A stretch of 64,000 bases of DNA, taken from positions 50,677,088 to 50,741,087 of the forward strand of contig NC_068995.1 of assembly GCF_001194135.2 (NCBI RefSeq). The letters run 5' to 3'. The stretch is from Octopus bimaculoides. Lineage: Eukaryota. The notes below the pieces were generated by a model. It was not told the DNA's origin, did no database searches, and was given only the letters and a program-made list of their open reading frames with translations. This document shows positions 47,883 through 61,140 of the stretch, one piece after another. A program made the position numbers and the translations under genes. Every line of letters starts with the position of its first letter. The first letter of the stretch is position 1.

Positions 47883-49112
47883 ATATATATATACTCACAC
47901 ATTTATGTATGCATGCATATATATACATGCATGCATGCATATATATACACACACACACACATGTACGTGTTTGTGTATGTACGTATACACGCGCGCTCAC
48001 ACACACACACACATTCCTAGACTGATAAAATAGATTATAAGGATTCCACAGGATCGTCGTTTTAGCTAATAAGCTGTAATTAAGAAGGATTTGACTTCGG
48101 TGACATAATGACAGTTTTCAGTCGAGTAGGGAAAAGAAATTGTTTTTTTCTTTCTTTATTTCTTTTTATTCCAACAAAATTGAAACCGAAACGATACGTG
48201 ACAAGTTAGTTTGATCCGAAACTGGATGATTGCAGCAATCGAGATGTGGCACAGAAAGAAATGTTACTTATACAGATGAGTTTTAAAGGAAGGTATACGA
48301 TGACCTAGCCAGATCAATTAACAGAACAGAATAGTAAAAACAAAAACAAATAACTGACATACAGTAGAAAGTATACTCAAGACATGAGGCCATACGATCT
48401 CAATTCTCGCTCCAGAAGCTACAGAAATAAAGTTAATAATCGGTGGATAAGGCAAAGATGTAAAAATTAATGATTTTAATCGTAGATAAATACCAAGTTT
48501 ACATAAAGTATGAATAACATAGGAATAACTATTTTGAAGTCTCAAAAGAGAGACAGAACAAGGCAACTTAGTTACATAAAGGACGAAACCTTTCGGTTGT
48601 TGGTTCTTGCCAAGATTGTAATTTATATTTTCTCATGGATGGATGAAGGTTCAAATATATGGAGAAATAAACGTATGATTCTCAGACCCACGATTTGGAG
48701 AGAGAGAGAAAAGAGATAGTAATAGGTTGCCTTGACGAATCGTATTTATTACATCAACCTGAACACACAGATCATTATTAACATCTTAAAACACATCACA
48801 GATGCTACTGTAGAAAGGCTGGAGTTAATTTTATTGTCTGTCACTCCATGCTGGGTTAGTCTCTCTGTAGAAATGCCAAAATAATGAAGCGATTATTAAA
48901 AAATATTATTTCAGTGTTGATCCTTAAGCAGTATATTAGTTTTAAAGGTAGGTAGGTGTGTCGGTCAGTAACAGGGTCCCAAAGTCGCAACCAGCTTCCT
49001 TAGCAGTGTCGTGACAGGTAACAATCATTTGGCCCGGGTAGCAGCCAAATCTGACCTGCTTGCATTGTAAATTTAAACAAATTATCAACGAAATAGATGA
49101 CAATAACCATGG

Positions 49113-49154
<42 letters not shown>

Positions 49155-49664
49155 TAGCATAATTTGTAATGGAGGGGGAAAACGAGAGCGGGTGTGTATA
49201 TGTATATATTTTCTAGAGCATTGAGATCGTTTCAACTTAGAATGATGAAGAATAATATAAAATTGGAATAATGATTAAATCACATGGTACGTGTGTGTAT
49301 ACGTGTGTGGAGTTTGGTACCAGGCCCAGAAACGAACTGAAATGTATTATGCAACGAGCCTTGACTTTATGAGTGATTACAAGAGTTAACCAAATGAGAT
49401 AACGAAGAAATGTCAATACAAAGATGTCTTTTTATCACACTAGTATTATTTAACTAACAAGAAATATGTACGCAATCTGAACTGAAAGGGGAGACGGGAG
49501 GGAAAGAAAAATGATTGAAATACAACATAGGTCAGAGGACGGGTCATTGATCATTCATTGTGTTTAAATATAAATCTATTTTCTGGACATGTATGTATAT
49601 TTTTTTGATAATGTTGTGTGTAGACAAAACAAACTAACAGATGTTGTTAATCAGGCTCCCCTTT

Positions 49665-49792
49665 CAGTTTATAATTACTGAGATGTTCATTTCAGTAACA
49701 CACAGTTTTTAATTATTGAGATGTTCATTTCAGTAACACACAGTTTTTAATTATTGAGATGTTCATTTCAGTAACATACAGTTTTTAATTAT
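49665..49792. repeat. Tandem repeat, 38-bp unit x ~3.3
   Basis: GAGATGTTCATTTCAGTAACACACAGTTTTTAATTATT repeated head-to-tail with 1-3 mismatches. Confidence 0.9.
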
Positions 49793-51419
49793 CATCATCT
49801 CTAAGATCAGTCTGATCTATAAAATACTTATCCTAGTGACCAATTTCTCAACTGAAAAAAGGTATAAAGACAATTATTTCGTAGAAAACAAAAAGGAAAA
49901 AAATGCTAATAATATATTGAATATGATTTTTAACTCGTCTCGCTAACAGTTTTGTTTCCTATAATAATTAACCTTTTGCTCGGCCAATTCATATATCCTT
50001 AATTACAGACTTTCATTATTTTCTGCAATTTAAGACATATGAAGCGACAGCAAATAAATAAATAAATAAATAAATGCATGTTTGAGGATAGTGATAACTG
50101 TCACAAGGATGAACATAAAATGAGGGATCAGTTTGTAATTACTCAACTATTGAATACTGATCCCCCTATTTGATTAACTCGCACATGCGTATTTAGAATT
50201 GCATGCATTCGTCATACACCAGAAAAGAGACAGAGAAAGAAATAACATCGATTATAAATTATGAATCAATTTATTTTTCTCCTTCATCCATGTTTCCTTG
50301 ACAGAGAGGGGGTACCTGTATCTTTATTTTTAATTTTTGTTATCAAATTAAAATATATAAAATTAGTAGGAAAAGAGTTCGAGTTTATATGTAGTCGGGT
50401 AATAAATAAATAAGAAAAACCATTATAGACTGACAAATATTTCGTAGCAGAAACTAAAACAGCAACAGACCCAGACAGGTAGATGCCTTCTCAGCCTGTC
50501 ACCTATTTAGGCACTTAAGTCTCTTGACTTGAAAGGTACATCAAACAGTCAGGTTGATTTAAAGATTGGATTAGGCCTTCATTGGTCAACTAATCTATTT
50601 TTATCTAGACACAAGATTATAAAAAATCCACGCGGCGGGAAACTGAGTAGGGACAGCGAATTTATTAACAGTTTCAAAATATAGACTGTAGAAGCCGCTT
50701 ATTATAATCATAGGACAGTGTTATCAGTTGTTATCGAAATTAGTGGATCCCAAGTACGCTCAGAATATTATTATAGCCTTCACATAAGGTTAACAACCGG
50801 TCGTTGTTATTTTTTAAAGGCTCTGTCCAAAGTGATCACAATAAGCGGCTTCCACTTTATATACATACACACACAAATCGATTCGATAGCTGACTGATAC
50901 AGTTTTATGGAATCATTCGTACACCGCACAGAAAAAGATTAGATGTAATTGACCGTGATTTTAAATACAAAAATAATACACCTTAGTAGACAAAGAGTCT
51001 ACAGTGTTTTACTTTCAAAGAAAACTGCTGAGAGAAAAGAAACTCTCCTCTGTGTGTATTTGTAAATATGTGTGTATCTGCATGTATACACACTTACAAA
51101 TATACGTGTGTTTGTGTGTAAATTATACTTCACGCATCATACATGGCTATTATTGTGTTGTATATGTCAATTGCAGTGTCAATGCTGACCACATGCTCAG
51201 TTGAATGTCAAACACACACAGACTAGAGACAACTGATTAACACGCATGACATCTGTACACAAACGCAATGACATATACACACACTCGTGTGGAGACAGAC
51301 AACAGAAATATATATACAGAGAAACACACACTATCTATCCCTAGACACAAATATATATATAGAGAGAGAGAGAGAAAGAGAGAGAGAGAGCCACAGATTC
51401 TCGAAATGGATTAACCAAC

Positions 51420-51865
51420 AACGGTGTCCTCCACGCGGTCGTACGACATGCTAGAAACAGATACGAAATCCCCGAATCACACCCCGTCGTCTCAAAAAGT
51501 GGGTAAGGGCATACGAGATAATATATCCTAGATACCCTAAAAAGGTGTTCTATTAAGGATATATGATCGAGACTGATGTGTCTTTAATCATTATAGGTCT
51601 GCTTGATCAGTGATGAAGAGGAGAAATAGACAAGCCACCATGGAAAACACACTACGTGGGCGTTCGACGGGCTAGAATTAGCAGCCAAATCTCCCCCGAA
51701 ATCATAGCCTTATTGTCTTGAATGGCAATAATTAAAAAGGGGACATACGAGACAGCGTTAATTCATGTGATATAAAAGCTAGGATAACCATGGTTAAATC
51801 GCCTTTGATCATTAATAATCGTATACCTGGTCGATTTGAGCTGACGAAGGGCTGGCTAAACAACG
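51420..51865 (+). mobile_element. Two adjacent family C copies
   Basis: CTACGTGGGCGTTCGACGGGCTAGAATTAGCAGCCAAATCTCCC and TTTAATCATTATAGGTCTGCTTGATC motifs. Other copies at about 19625, 28110, 34258, 36590, 45960(-), 53000(-), 53895(-), 57760 and 58245. Confidence 0.65.
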
Positions 51866-54251
51866 AAGCAGAAAAGGAGAGACTGGGTCGCATATGTCAT
51901 AACAGATTAAATGAGGGATAGTTGAAATATGGATGAGAGAGGAAGCGGGTCTTGGCTACGAATAAATAACACACATGTGTGTACAATTTACATACGGGTG
52001 TGTATCTAAATACGTGTTCGGCAACGGGTACCTTACGTTCACAATACATAATAAGCTATGTGTGTACATAGAAAATATGTTAATGTACTGTGAGTGTTTA
52101 TGAATATGCGTGTATATCTATTTACATGTATGCTCAAAGATGTGCAAGTATATGTAAATATTTGTACGTAGTCTGTCATCATTATTTGTGTATGCATTTG
52201 GAAACACAAATGCATATTCGTGCTGGGTGCATGTGTGTAGTGTATGTATATACACGTGTGTATGTATGTATAGATAGATAAACGTGTATGTGTGAAGAGA
52301 GAGAGCGAGAGAGAATTTGTACGTGTGTAATATGTTATACACCTGTGCAATTTGTTTTGCATGTGAATATGTAAGTTACCTGTGTATGGATGTCTGTGTG
52401 CTAGTAGATAGGTAGGTAGGTATCTATACGACTACTAATTGCCCTGTTCCTACCTTATTATTACCATATATAGGGATTGTGTGTGAAGAACAACCACAAG
52501 AGGCGGTCGTGGCAGCAGTAATGGGCAAAAAATGACGGTTAAACAATGCCTCTTTGATAAGAACTCTTAACTAAACAATTAATCCATTCTCTAAAGACAA
52601 CCGACACAAAAACTTGTTCAACATAGGACATTTTTACGTTCAAACAATTTTGCGTGAGCAAGATGTTTGGCCAAACTTTCTAATATGCTGGGCTAGAATC
52701 GATATCAAACGGAATATGATATGATCAATATACCACAACTATTGTTGTTATGGTCATTATTGTATACGTCTGTTTCTTTTTTTTATTTCTTTTTCCCTCT
52801 TTCCTTTGATATACTCCATCCCATGTTTTTTTTAAACCTGTCCATGTAATGTCCTCCATTCCACGCCCTTGAGACAAATAAAGAACTAATTATTATTATT
52901 ATTATTATCATAATTAATGGAATGGATACAACTTCGTGTTTACCCTGAATTTCTTCAATAAGCATTTGTAATCAAATTAAAACTTCCGTTATCTATCTTA
53001 GTGTTGTCGTTTAACCCCAGATCAGTCCAGCTAGAGCAACCCCGTGATAAAAGTTGTTCCTATCATGACCATTCCATCTTATAAATCAGACACAGAATAT
53101 ACACGTTGTGAAGGAAATGTGTCTTGCTATTTCTAGTAGATCGAATAACCATGAAAAGAATTTCTCTCTCTCTCTCTCACTCACTCACTCAGCAGATATG
53201 ACTGTTATTTCTAGCAGGTTTATATGCAGCTTTCCACTTTACTTAATAAATAAATATAACCAACAAATCAAGATCGTTATTTTCTTAATTGTTAACGTAA
53301 TGAGCGCCACAACTTCAAATTTTATTGTAAAAAAACCTCTAAAATCTCTTACATTTTAAGCTTAAATTTTCTAAGTTTATCTTCAACATCATCTTTAATT
53401 TATAAGGGCAGTTGATTGGTAGACTTGTTAGGGACGTAGGACAAAACGCCTTACGGTGTTTATTTCGGCTCCTTACATTCTGGGTTCAAACCCCGTCGAG
53501 GTCGACATTGTCTTAATAAAATAAAGTACCAGCCTAATATAGGGGTTGATTTAATCGCCCAACCATTCTACCAAATTTCTGGTTTTGTGTCTACATTAGA
53601 AATTACAATCCAACAAGATTTATTTTGACCACATTAATGTTCTTGAGAAGTATGAACGTCACAGCAGCATTTCATCTCTCGTTTAAACCAGAGTTTTCAT
53701 GTCTAAGAAATTATTATTACTATTACATTCACTGAACGACACCAAGTACAACTGAGTGATGCATGAACATCACAGTTCCCTCAGCAAACAATTATATATC
53801 TCTTACATTGAATGTCTTACGTTAAAGAATTTATTATAATAATTATCATCAAATTACAACACGAAGACGAAGCAAAATAAAGATAGTAGTGGTTGTTGTT
53901 TAACTCCAAATCAACCTTGATTGAGCAGACCTACGATCTCAAAACTGATCCAACCATGATGATCCCTCTTTTTAGGGATACCGAGGATACAGTATCCGAC
54001 GGGCTTTCCTCGTTTTAAGGTAGTGGGGTATCATTTGAGAAAGATTTAGCTGCTGTTTCTAGTAGGTCCAGCGACCGCGTAGGGGTTCGTAAGTTATCTC
54101 ATGATAATGGTTTATAAGTAAGTCAATTGAAAAATATCCTTCCAATTCTATAATTTGACTGTTTTTATAGGGTGAAAGACGAACAAATAAATGAGCATGC
54201 ACACACACACACACACACATACATACATATGTATGTATATATATATGTATG

Positions 54252-54302
<51 letters not shown>

Positions 54303-54957
54303 NNNNNNNNNNNNNNNNNNNNNNNNNNNNNNNNNNNNNNNNNNNNNNNNNNNNNNNNNNNNNNNNNNNNNNNNNNNNNNNNNNNNNNNNNNNNNNNNNN
54401 NNNNNNNNNNNNNNNNNNNNNNNNNNNNNNNNNNNNNNNNNNNNNNNNNNNNNNNNNNNNNNNNNNNNNNNNNNNNNNNNNNNNNNNNNNNNNNNNNNNN
54501 NNNNNNNNNNNNNNNNNNNNNNNNNNNNNNNNNNNNNNNNNNNNNNNNNNNNNNNNNNNNNNNNNNNNNNNNNNNNNNNNNNNNNNNNNNNNNNNNNNNN
54601 NNNNNNNNNNNNNNNNNNNNNNNNNNNNNNNNNNNNNNNNNNNNNNNNNNNNNNNNNNNNNNNNNNNNNNNNNNNNNNNNNNNNNNNNNNNNNNNNNNNN
54701 NNNNNNNNNNNNNNNNNNNNNNNNNNNNNNNNNNNNNNNNNNNNNAAAGAGAGAAAGAGAGTGAGAGAGAGAAGAACTGTATGGCTTTGATGGGAGCTCA
54801 GATCGAAAGAAATAATGGTAAGGAACTTATGGGAGGTAGTTGGTGTGTGTGTGTGGTTGGTGCTTGCTGTTCAGTTAGTTGGGTGGTTTGGTTTGTGTTG
54901 TAATTATGAGTTTTAACTTCGGTTTATCCTTTAATTTTTCGAAGTTTGGAATGAAGT

Positions 54958-54997
<40 letters not shown>

Positions 54998-55314
54998 GTG
55001 TGTAATACCAACTGTTCTTCTTTGACTGGGGAGGGGTGGATGGGTGGGTCAGGGCAGGGTGGAAAATCCGTGAGATTTTGGACAGAATGACCGTTGTGGT
55101 GGCGGTGGTGACAACAGACCAGAGATGCCTGTGGTGATAGAGATTATAATGGTGCTGCTGTGCTGGTAGTAGTCCTTTTGGTGCCGGTACAAAACCAATA
55201 ATTATTTCAATGCTGCTAAAACAGCAGCCGCTACTGCTCATACATATTTACTACTGCTGCGATTACTACTACAACTACTACTAATACAACTGCTGATGAC
55301 GGGGGTAGTAGTAA

Positions 55315-56153
55315 TAGAAAAACGTTCCCTCCTTTTCTCCCTGTCTATCTCTCTGTAAATCTATCTCTTTCCACCTCTCACTCACTCTCTCTTTACTCTA
55401 CTCTCTTACGCTATAACTTCACCCCCTCTCTCTTCACTTCATCTCTCTACTTTCCCTTTCCCTCACGTTATCATTCTCTTCCGCTCTTTGTAACTGTATT
55501 TTTTCTCTCCCTTGATTTCTTTCCTTCTTCTTCTTCCTTTTCTCTCTCTCCTTCAATTCGTCTTTCTTTCTCTGCCTCTCACTTTCCCTCTCACTATATT
55601 TCTTTCCCCTTCACTTGCTATCTAGCAACCAGTCATGTTTATACCCCCCTCTCTCTCTCTTTCTTTGTGTGGGCAACGTCCACCAATGTCATTTTCTGTC
55701 TTTCTTTGACCATTCTAATTACAACGGCTGTCACTTCTACCCCTTGTTCTCTCTCTCTCTCTCTCTCTTTCTCTCTACCCTTTTCTTATCGTTCTCTAAT
55801 TCTAACCTTCTCTCTTTCTCTTCTTTAATGATAGAAACTGCTTTTGTCTCTCTGTCCGTCTCTAATGGCGTCTCATGTATATATCACTGTCCATTTCTCT
55901 TTCTCTTTCTCTATCTATCTATCTAAAAAAATATACAGAGAAAGAGATAAAGACATGGCAGCTGTTGTCATTTACTGTCCCTTTCTTTTCACACATACAC
56001 ACACTCTCTCTCTCTCTCTCATACTGTTAGTCTTTCTCTTTATTTCCTCCCTCTCTGTTGTCCTCTCTCGATTTTCTAGTTTCTGTCATTACCTCACCGC
56101 CGTTGATCTATTTATATCTCTTTTCCCTCTTCCTATCACTTTCATTTATTCAC

Positions 56154-56188
<35 letters not shown>

Positions 56189-56640
56189 AACAACCTTTCT
56201 CTCCATATCTTTACCTCCTTCTATTTCCGTTCCTTCTCATTTTCTTTCAATCATCCTCGTTCTCGACTCCCAATTATTTCGTGTTCTCTCTTTATCGTCT
56301 ATTCTCATCTTTCTGCCTTTTCCCCACTTGGATCTTTTATTCTTTTACTCCGGATCCCTTCTACCTTTTCTATTTATTTATTTCTCTCTCCGCACTCTCT
56401 CTCTCTCTCTCTCTCTCTTAATTTATGTATCAACTTCTATTTACCTAGCAACCTGCTTATTTGCACAGTCTATTACATACCTTTCTCTTTCTACAGTTAC
56501 CTACATGCATACCTAATCACCTATCTACATATCTCTAGCAACCTATTTATCGGCACGTACCTTTCTCCCTACCAGTTCATCTATCTACCTGTCTGACAGT
56601 TACCTTTCTCCCTAACATTTTTTCTTTCTATCTACATTTT
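55315..56640. repeat. ~1.3-kb CT-rich polypyrimidine low-complexity tract
   Basis: Plus strand is dominated by C/T with several (CT)n runs. Confidence 0.9.
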
Positions 56641-56915
56641 GCAGGGTCTCACATATGTAATTTGATGAGTTGAAAAACTTCGATTATCGAGATTAGTCAT
56701 TCATTCACACTAACTGGAGTTGTCTAAAATGAAAACTAGAGACAAGGGAAATAACTCTAATAAAATCAACTAATTGAAATGTTTGAATAAATAAAAACAA
56801 GGTAGACGAATGCATTTTAATCAAATTAGACCTCCTCAGACAAAAATATTCTACTCAGATAGCAAATCTTTTATAATAATGACAAATATGTTGATTTATA
56901 AAATCGTATGTATAT

Positions 56916-57200
56916 AGGCGTAGGTGAGTCTGTTTGGTAAGAAATATTCTTCCCAGCTACACAGCTCCGGTTCAGTTCCACTGGATAAACAGACGTTCGT
57001 ATTTGTCCCTCGCTGCTGCTTGATAAGTGGTGTTAGTTTGTTTGCGTCTCCGTAACTTAGCGGTTCGACCCAAGTGACTGATAAAATAAGTACCAGGCTT
57101 TAAAAGAAATGAATAACTACTGGAGCCGATTCGTTCGACTAAAACCCTTCAATGTGGTGTTACAGCATGGCCGCAGTCCAATAACAGAAACAATTAAAAG
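56916..57200 (+). mobile_element. SINE family A, tail type 1 (CpG-retaining, internally deleted)
   Basis: CCGTAACTTAGCGGTTCG...GCCGATTCGTTCGACTAA...CAGCATGGCCGCAGTCC. Another copy at about 58689-58995. Confidence 0.8.
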
Positions 57201-60199
57201 ATAGAAAAAATCAAAATACATTTAGAGAGAGAGAGAGAGAGAGAGAGAGAATGTGTGTGTGTGTGTGTGAGGGAGAGAGAAAGGGGTGGGTGCTATTGGG
57301 AAAGTGACAATCTAGCTTAGAGGTTGCTTGTAACAGAAACTGTTCAGGATGGAGAGAAAGAACGGACGATGTTGCAGAGTGAGATGGAGAAAAAGAGAAA
57401 TAGGAGAAATATAACTGATTATAAATATCAACAACAGTATGACTGATGTCAGGTATCTTAACGAAGCGTTTTGCACACAGCATACACAAACGGTAGGGTG
57501 TCGCATGTGTAATAGTGTTGAAAATCTTCGATTAACGGTGGTTATCGATGTAGTCGATCACCAAAATGTCCTAATGCTGTCTAAAATCTGGTTATAACCA
57601 AGGGTGATAACTCCAATGCTATCAATTAAAATACCTATCTACGTGCATATTATGTATCCCCTATAATACTTACCTGTCTGTCAAGTAATCCATTATTTTA
57701 TCTGCCAACGGTTACCTATTCATAAACATATCTAAAATATCTATCAACACAGGCCAACATGGAGACCTCTTCTACACCATCGCTTACCCTGTTAAATGTC
57801 AGAAATAGCAGCCAAATTTTCCTCAAACTCACACTACCGTCTTGAAAAAAAAGGACACATTGGATAATGTTAGTACTAGATACGAAATGCCCAAGACAAA
57901 ACTTAGTGTTAGTCAAATATGATCATCCGTTTCATTGATTAGGGCTTTCCAGGGGTTCAGCATCATCGATCATGATGGCCAGAGCGCCTTTGATTATAAA
58001 TTTGCTCATTTAGGAGCGACCGGTGGTAAACAATAACTTCTACCTTTCTCTATCTCTCTTATTCTGAATCTATCTATACGTACATTTCTTTCTACCCATG
58101 TATCCGCAATTATCAACTTACCTGTCAATAAACTTTTTTTTTTTAATCTATTCTTCATCTGTTATCGGCCCCAATGACTGCAAGAAGCATATACCCTTTC
58201 AAGCTCTAACCCACGAATAGAACAGCATACGAATTCGTGAGAGGAGCCGCTAGAAACAGCAGCTAAGTGCTGTCAAATCACGCTGTACTGACTTAAAAGA
58301 AGTCCTATTTATTAAAAAAAAAAAAAAAAGGCGGGATGGTCGAGGCTGAAGTGCCTTTCATCATAAGTCTGTCCTATAAGAGCTCACCTGGAGCTAAACA
58401 ACAACAATAAAAACCAAAACTGATCAAAAATGTAAAATATCTCCTATGTCTTTGGCTTGTCTTGTAGTGGAACAAATCGATACATACACAGAAAATAGGA
58501 CATCGTAATTATGACAGAAGGCAAATGAGATTATATGACATCTATTTATCCGTAATATTAATCGTGTAATGAGTCAAATAAATAATCCCCATCACTTGTT
58601 ATCGCTTACGAGATTCATTAAGTAGTCCTTAATGCAGCTCAACCATTAAGGACTGTGTCGCCCATAGCAACAATATCCATGTTAATATAGGCATGGTTGT
58701 GTGGCGAAGAAGTACGTCGCATTAAACACATGGTTCCGGGTTCGAACCTGCTTGGCGGTACCTTGAGCAACCATCTATATGAATTTTGAGTTGAGCAATG
58801 TTTTGTGAATAGAATTTGGTTGACAAAATCTGCCCAAAAGCCCATCATATATTATGTAATATTATATTATGTTATGTATGTGTATGTGTTTGTATTCCAG
58901 TATCCACAACTAAGTGGTTCGACGACATATTTGGATAAGAACCGGACTGTAATATGTGCCGGGGTCGAAGTGATCGAGGATAAACCCTTCATAATGAGTT
59001 GGTAAGCAGTATATAAACAGTATTTAATTTGAGGATGGCCCTCACTGAGAACGCCTGTGGTCGAGTTGTTCCAGCTGTTAACATCCCGTCTTTTTCTTTT
59101 TCTGTTTTGTATAAAATAATACGGTAGCCAACGAATCCTTAGCGATCTTTGCTTATAGCGTACCACTTTTATTCTGTCAAATTGTAGTTGTTTTGCGGCA
59201 GCAGATTTTTTTTTTTTTTTTTTTNNNNNNNNNNTTTTTTTTTTTTTTTTTCGTTTTTAGTTACTTTTTATTTTTAGACACTGTGTTGTCGCCAGATTGT
59301 TTGCCACAAAGGATATGTATGAAAGTAATCAAGAATCATTCTTTGTCGGTGATTTTATTGTTTTTCATAAATCTCGAGAGATGTGAAATACTTCTTTTAA
59401 GGAATGGTGGATCTCGAAACAGATAACGCTATAAATAATAGCGTACAAAATTTTGAATTAAAAAAAAAAATCCTTCGACTTTTTCTCATTTTTGTGTTGA
59501 ATTATTTTTGCTGTTTTTGCGTCATTCATTCTTGTAATATTGTCTAAGATGAAGTGATGTGATGGTATCAGACTGATGTCGATGATAATGGGATGTTGTT
59601 GCTTTGGTGTTGTTTAAAATAGAGAGAGATTTTAGCGAAATTTGGCATTTGTTTCTGGTCGGTCAAGCGAATGCGATGTATACAACAACAATGCAAAAAA
59701 GAAATTATATCCATAACAAAACAAAATAACAATAATAATAATTCTTCAACAACACTAACAACACAACAACACTAACAACACAAATAATTCTTAATTACAG
59801 TCAAAAAATATCTATGCTGCCAAAACACCACGGCTCTACCAAACCAACTGGTACCGGCTTCTGCTCGACAAAGTGAAAGTGGATCGTTATGATCAAACAT
59901 CACCGAGAGTTTCTTCCCCACTTTATCTCTTTATTGAAGACAGTAGTGTGATTTGAGCTGTTATATCGGCTGTTATTTCTAACAATTCGTGTGACTACGT
60001 ACATGCAACATCACTGGTTTCATGGTTTACATCCATCCATATTATTATATTGATTTGAATATCTGAATAAACTGTTGTCTGTACGTCAATTTCTCCATTT
60101 CCTTCTCTTTTCTTACACACACACACACACACCATAACGCGCGCGCGACGGGTTTCTTTCAGTTTTCGTCTACAGGGCGCAGTGAAAAAACACTCATTC

Positions 60200-60360
60200 C
60201 ACTCTATGGAGTCGTGGATGTTAGGAAGGACATGCAGCTGTAAAACCCCTGCCAAAACAGACACAGAAGTCTGGTGCAAACCCCTGCTTGGCCAGCTCCT
60301 GTCAAACTGTCCAACCCATGCCAGCACGAAAGGAGTATGTTAAACGATGATGATGATGAC
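60200..60360 (+). mobile_element. Family D 3' end
   Basis: GTCAAACTGTCCAACCCATGCCAGCAC...GTTAAACGATGATGATGATG. Confidence 0.75.
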
Positions 60361-60929
60361 ACACATACACATAATATCTTATTCTACGTCAGTTTATCTC
60401 TGTGTGCGTATGTCTTTCATATTCATCATGTGTGTGTGTGTGTACATACATACATACATATATATATATGCACACACATACATGTGTGTGTGAAAGAGAG
60501 AGAGGATGAAAGGAACAGCAGGGGAGAGCTTACACATTTCAGACATATTCTTAGCAAAAGATAGCCAGCAGCTAAATATTGCTAAATAGAGCAAGTGAGT
60601 CATAAAGTAGCATCAATGGTAATTACCAAAGATAACTGACCAATTTCTAATCATCTCCTCCCCAAATTAGTAGTTGTTTCTTAACTGTTAACTGTTAACT
60701 GTTGCATTAGTTCTTGTTGCTACAGAAGATTGCTGGTTTGGGTCTGGACTGTTTTAATTTGTCCTGTCATTTCTAAGGTACTGCTGCTATAGACAACATA
60801 ATAATGATAATAATAACAACAACAATAATAATTAGTTTATTGTATACTGGGTGGTGCATTGTGTCCTTGAACAAGAAACTTCATCTCACATTGCTCTGTG
60901 ATCACTTTGGCAATCTGATGTGTGGCACA

Positions 60930-61140
60930 CCTATCTATAAGAGGCGATCTGAATTTGATGGAGCGAGTGAGCAAATGTACAGCAGAAACATTTGGACACA
61001 ATAAACAGATCATCTGAGCTGGTTTTGCAGCAAGAAATTGCAGAACCCACATCTGTTGTATACAACAGAAAAGTGATGGGCTGGTTGAAAAGATATTCAT
61101 TGGTGGCCATCAAGTTTAGCTGCATGAGTCCCGTGATAAA
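60930..61140 (+). pseudogene. Possible fossil LINE reverse-transcriptase fragment
   Basis: *AGFAARNCRTHICCIQQ loosely resembles the RT motif QAGFRxGRSxxDHIFxLRQ; many stops. Confidence 0.3.

Noticed and set aside
49665-49792. CRISPR-like array
   Set aside because: Units are contiguous with no unique spacers, and the DNA is eukaryotic.
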